Shown here one piece after another: positions 61,548 through 64,000 of a stretch of 64,000 bases of DNA. Made by a program: the position numbers and the translations under genes. Position 1 is the stretch's first letter. Every line of letters begins with the position of its first letter. The notes beneath the pieces are model-generated. The model did no database searches, had not been told where the DNA came from, and worked only from the letters and a program-made list of their open reading frames with translations. The stretch comes from a virus (taxonomy: Duplodnaviria; Heunggongvirae; Uroviricota; Caudoviricetes). The stretch covers positions 71,343 through 135,342 of IMG/VR virus record IMGVR_UViG_3300045450_000050; one strand, 5' to 3'.

Positions 61548-62150
61548 TTAGATGTGTGCGGGCTCGACGCCCTGAAACGGAAACTCCGAAAGCTGGAAGT
61601 CGCGAAGGTACTCGGACATCAGGAATGCAGAGACGTAGTCCGTGCGGTTCTTGTCGAGGACGTTCGTGTACTTCTTCAGCGGCTTCAGAGTGGGGTTCTT
61701 GGCCTGCCAGTCGGAGATGAGATCGGGAGCTTCGTAGCCCAGCTCTCGGGCATACTCTGCTGCCTTGGCCTCTCGCCAGCGGTCCTTCTGCGTTGTCGTC
61801 ATCCGGGCTGCGATGTCAGCGGGAACACGCTGGACGCCGGGGAACTTGGTCATCCAGGTAGACGGGTTGACCATGAAGACGCGGTCGAGGCTCTGGTTGC
61901 CGAAGGCCATGATGATGCCCTGGAGCTTGAAGACCGGCTTCGTCATCACCTGGGTGTAGCGAGGGTTCTTGGGCACGTCCTCGATGAACGTGGCCTCGCA
62001 CTCAGGATCGAGGGCCGTCCGCGCGATGCGAGCGGCGAAGGCAAACGCTGACTGATCGCGCGAGTCGTACTGCGCGCGGACCCCGCCGCCCTCTTCCCGA
62101 AGCACTGTGGCCGAGAAGAGGGCGGCGAGATCTACTACCTGGCGGAACAC
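61548..62150 (-). CDS. hypothetical protein (200 aa)
   Basis: Track ORF. Confidence 0.75.
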   Translation of the reverse strand: MFRQVVDLAALFSATVLREEGGGVRAQYDSRDQSAFAFAARIARTALDPECEATFIEDVPKNPRYTQVMTKPVFKLQGIIMAFGNQSLDRVFMVNPSTWMTKFPGVQRVPADIAARMTTTQKDRWREAKAAEYARELGYEAPDLISDWQAKNPTLKPLKKYTNVLDKNRTDYVSAFLMSEYLRDFQLSEFPFQGVEPAHI

Positions 62151-63227
62151 TTACTCCATGCCACCGAGGAGGTCGTCGAAGTTGTCGACGGCGTCATCGG
62201 AAGCCTTGGCCGGAGCGGTCTCCTTCTTGGGCTCGTCGGCCTCGGAAGCCGGTCCACCCTCGCTGAGTCCCGCGCCGAGCGAGTTGAGCAGGTCCGAGTC
62301 GTCGTCCGACTCGGTCGAGCTTGGTCCAGTGGAGTCGTCCGAAGCGAGAGCGGCCAGCTCTGCATCGGCAGCGTCGTCCTTTGCCCAGCCCTCGGCGTCC
62401 TTGGCCGCGTCGGGCTCCTTGTCGAGCAGCGCCGAGAGGTCGGTGTCGAGGGACGTGTCCTTCGCACCGCCGTTCTCGTAGGCCTTGACCTCGGACCACG
62501 CTTCCTTGATGGTGGCCACGTCCTCCTTGATCCAGTCGGCCTTCTTGCGTGCGCCGATGGCGATGGTGAGGTCGGGGATCTGGTTCTCCTTCCAGGTCTC
62601 GGCGAAGAGGACCTGGCGCTCCTTGTCGACCATCCACTCGGCCTTCTTCAGGCTTGGTGTGATGTCGAACTGCTGGAAGTTCGCGTTCGTGCAGGGACCC
62701 AGGACAAGGTCGTGCTTGCGCAGGTCGCCGCCCTCGATGTCGTTGCGGATGTCGACGAGCTTGTTGAAGACGGTCTGGGTGAAGCTCCACACGAGCAGCT
62801 CGACCGAGAACGGGTTCTGGATGTCGGACGTGTTGCCCTTGGTCCGGTAGCGCATGACGTGCATGGCGTAGCGGCGCTTGGGAGCGTCGGTGTAGTCGGA
62901 GTTCTCGGCAGCGAGAGCGCACATGGGGCAGCGCTCCTTGTCGAGGCCCTTGTCCTCCAGGACCTCCTCGCGGCCCTCGCAGATCGGGTTGCCGACGAAC
63001 TGCTTCTTGTGGGCGCGGTACTCCTCGCCGTTCTTGCGCTTCAGCGTCTCCATCTGCGGGACGCCGTTCACGATCTCCGGCTTGCGGAGCGTGTGCACGT
63101 ACTCCATGACGGGAGGTTCGAGGCCGATGACGATGCGGGCCTTCTCGCCCTGCGTCAGCTTCAGCTTCGGGTACTCGTAGTTGTTCGTGGACTTCTTGTT
63201 GTCGTTGGAGAACTCAACGCGACCCAT
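62151..63227 (-). CDS. putative ssDNA-binding protein (gp32-like: zinc-binding segment plus long acidic C-terminal tail)
   Basis: CEGREEVLEDKGLDKERCPMC; ~100-aa D/E/A/S-rich tail ending DNFDDLLGGME; adjacent to the RecA-like gene. Confidence 0.55.
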   Translation of the reverse strand: MGRVEFSNDNKKSTNNYEYPKLKLTQGEKARIVIGLEPPVMEYVHTLRKPEIVNGVPQMETLKRKNGEEYRAHKKQFVGNPICEGREEVLEDKGLDKERCPMCALAAENSDYTDAPKRRYAMHVMRYRTKGNTSDIQNPFSVELLVWSFTQTVFNKLVDIRNDIEGGDLRKHDLVLGPCTNANFQQFDITPSLKKAEWMVDKERQVLFAETWKENQIPDLTIAIGARKKADWIKEDVATIKEAWSEVKAYENGGAKDTSLDTDLSALLDKEPDAAKDAEGWAKDDAADAELAALASDDSTGPSSTESDDDSDLLNSLGAGLSEGGPASEADEPKKETAPAKASDDAVDNFDDLLGGME

Positions 63228-63329
63228 GATGGGCCCTCATTTCTTCTTGATTGGCGGTGGACCGAACCTCGATATCGGGCGGACCACTTTGGATTTCAGG
63301 ATGAGCCTACACACACCCTCCGACATCGC

Positions 63330-63860
63330 TCACCGGTCGAGAGATGCCTCGAATTGGAGGGCGTGCAGCAGCGCTCGTGCGTCCTTGCGCATGGCATCGA
63401 GCTGCCAGTAGATGTCACTGATGACGGTGTGCGCCTCGGTGGTCACGTCCACTAGGCGAGCTGTCTGATGCGCCTCTCGGCGCTTCTCGAACGAGTCGAG
63501 CTTGGCCTGGGATTCCCTCTCCTTTCCTGTCTCGAAGTCGACCCGGCGCGCGGCTCGCTTCGCTGTTGCTTCGTCGAGCGCATTCTCAGCGACGAACGTC
63601 GCCTCGCTCTGCGCACGTTTGGCTCGATGCCGCGCACGAGTGCACGCGGTACGAAGTTCGTCGATCCGATCCGCTCGCGCCAAGACGACACGGATGTAGT
63701 CCACCCACTCGTGCGGCGACTGCGGATCGTAGTCCCTGAGCTTTCGGTTATGGGGATCTCCCACCGTGCCGTGGCGCAGTGAGATGGCCTCGTCGACCCA
63801 GCCCAGCACCTGGGCCTCCAGCTTGCTCAGGGGAATGTCGTACTGATCGATGTCCACCAT
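63330..63860 (-). CDS. hypothetical protein (176 aa)
   Basis: Track ORF. Confidence 0.7.
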   Translation of the reverse strand: MVDIDQYDIPLSKLEAQVLGWVDEAISLRHGTVGDPHNRKLRDYDPQSPHEWVDYIRVVLARADRIDELRTACTRARHRAKRAQSEATFVAENALDEATAKRAARRVDFETGKERESQAKLDSFEKRREAHQTARLVDVTTEAHTVISDIYWQLDAMRKDARALLHALQFEASLDR

Positions 63861-64000
63861 CAGAACTCCACCTGAGCGAAGTCGTCCACAGACACGTCGC
63901 TGGTCTCATAGGCGAGGTCAGCCCCTCCCAGGAGCAGCGAGATGATGCCCTGGTCGTCCTTCTCGATCAGGAACGTCTTGTCGTCCGTCACATCACCCTC
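63857..64000 (-). CDS. hypothetical protein (3' part; gene starts beyond window end)
   Basis: Open minus-strand frame ending at 63857 and overlapping the downstream ATG. Confidence 0.45.

Overview
High-GC (~65%) bacteriophage-like region, probably an actinobacteriophage. About 130 genes are all on the minus strand and tightly packed, with stop/start overlaps of the ATGA/GTGA type. At least 28 minus-strand tRNA genes sit in two clusters (47964-50363, 53913-55416). Recognisable products: HDAC-family deacetylase, Ro60/TROVE (rsr), a collagen-like/SGNH-hydrolase tail fibre, a multidomain endolysin (M15 + 5x PG_binding_1 + amidase_2), SPFH, HNH, ParB-like nuclease, DUF932, SMC/SbcC-head ATPase, DnaQ-like exonuclease, Lsr2-like, RecA-like, gp32-like SSB and a HicA-like domain; most other ORFs are small hypotheticals. 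Four non-coding systems stand out: (1) an N-terminally truncated IS110-family (Transposase_20-only) protein flanked by two arrays, 14 units in all, of ~60-nt hairpin repeats with compensatory stem variation and a conserved core; (2) Ro60 preceded by a tandem array of Y-RNA-like modules, two carrying circularly permuted tRNA-like domains, plus a further such module inside the tRNA cluster; (3) about 22 copies of a ~34-bp promoter-like motif, most followed by a conserved 5' stem-loop and RBS; (4) several intrinsic terminators and leaderless promoter-like elements. No capsid, portal or terminase genes fall in this window. Coordinates that do not come from the ORF track (tRNAs, small ORFs, motifs) may be off by 1-3 nt.
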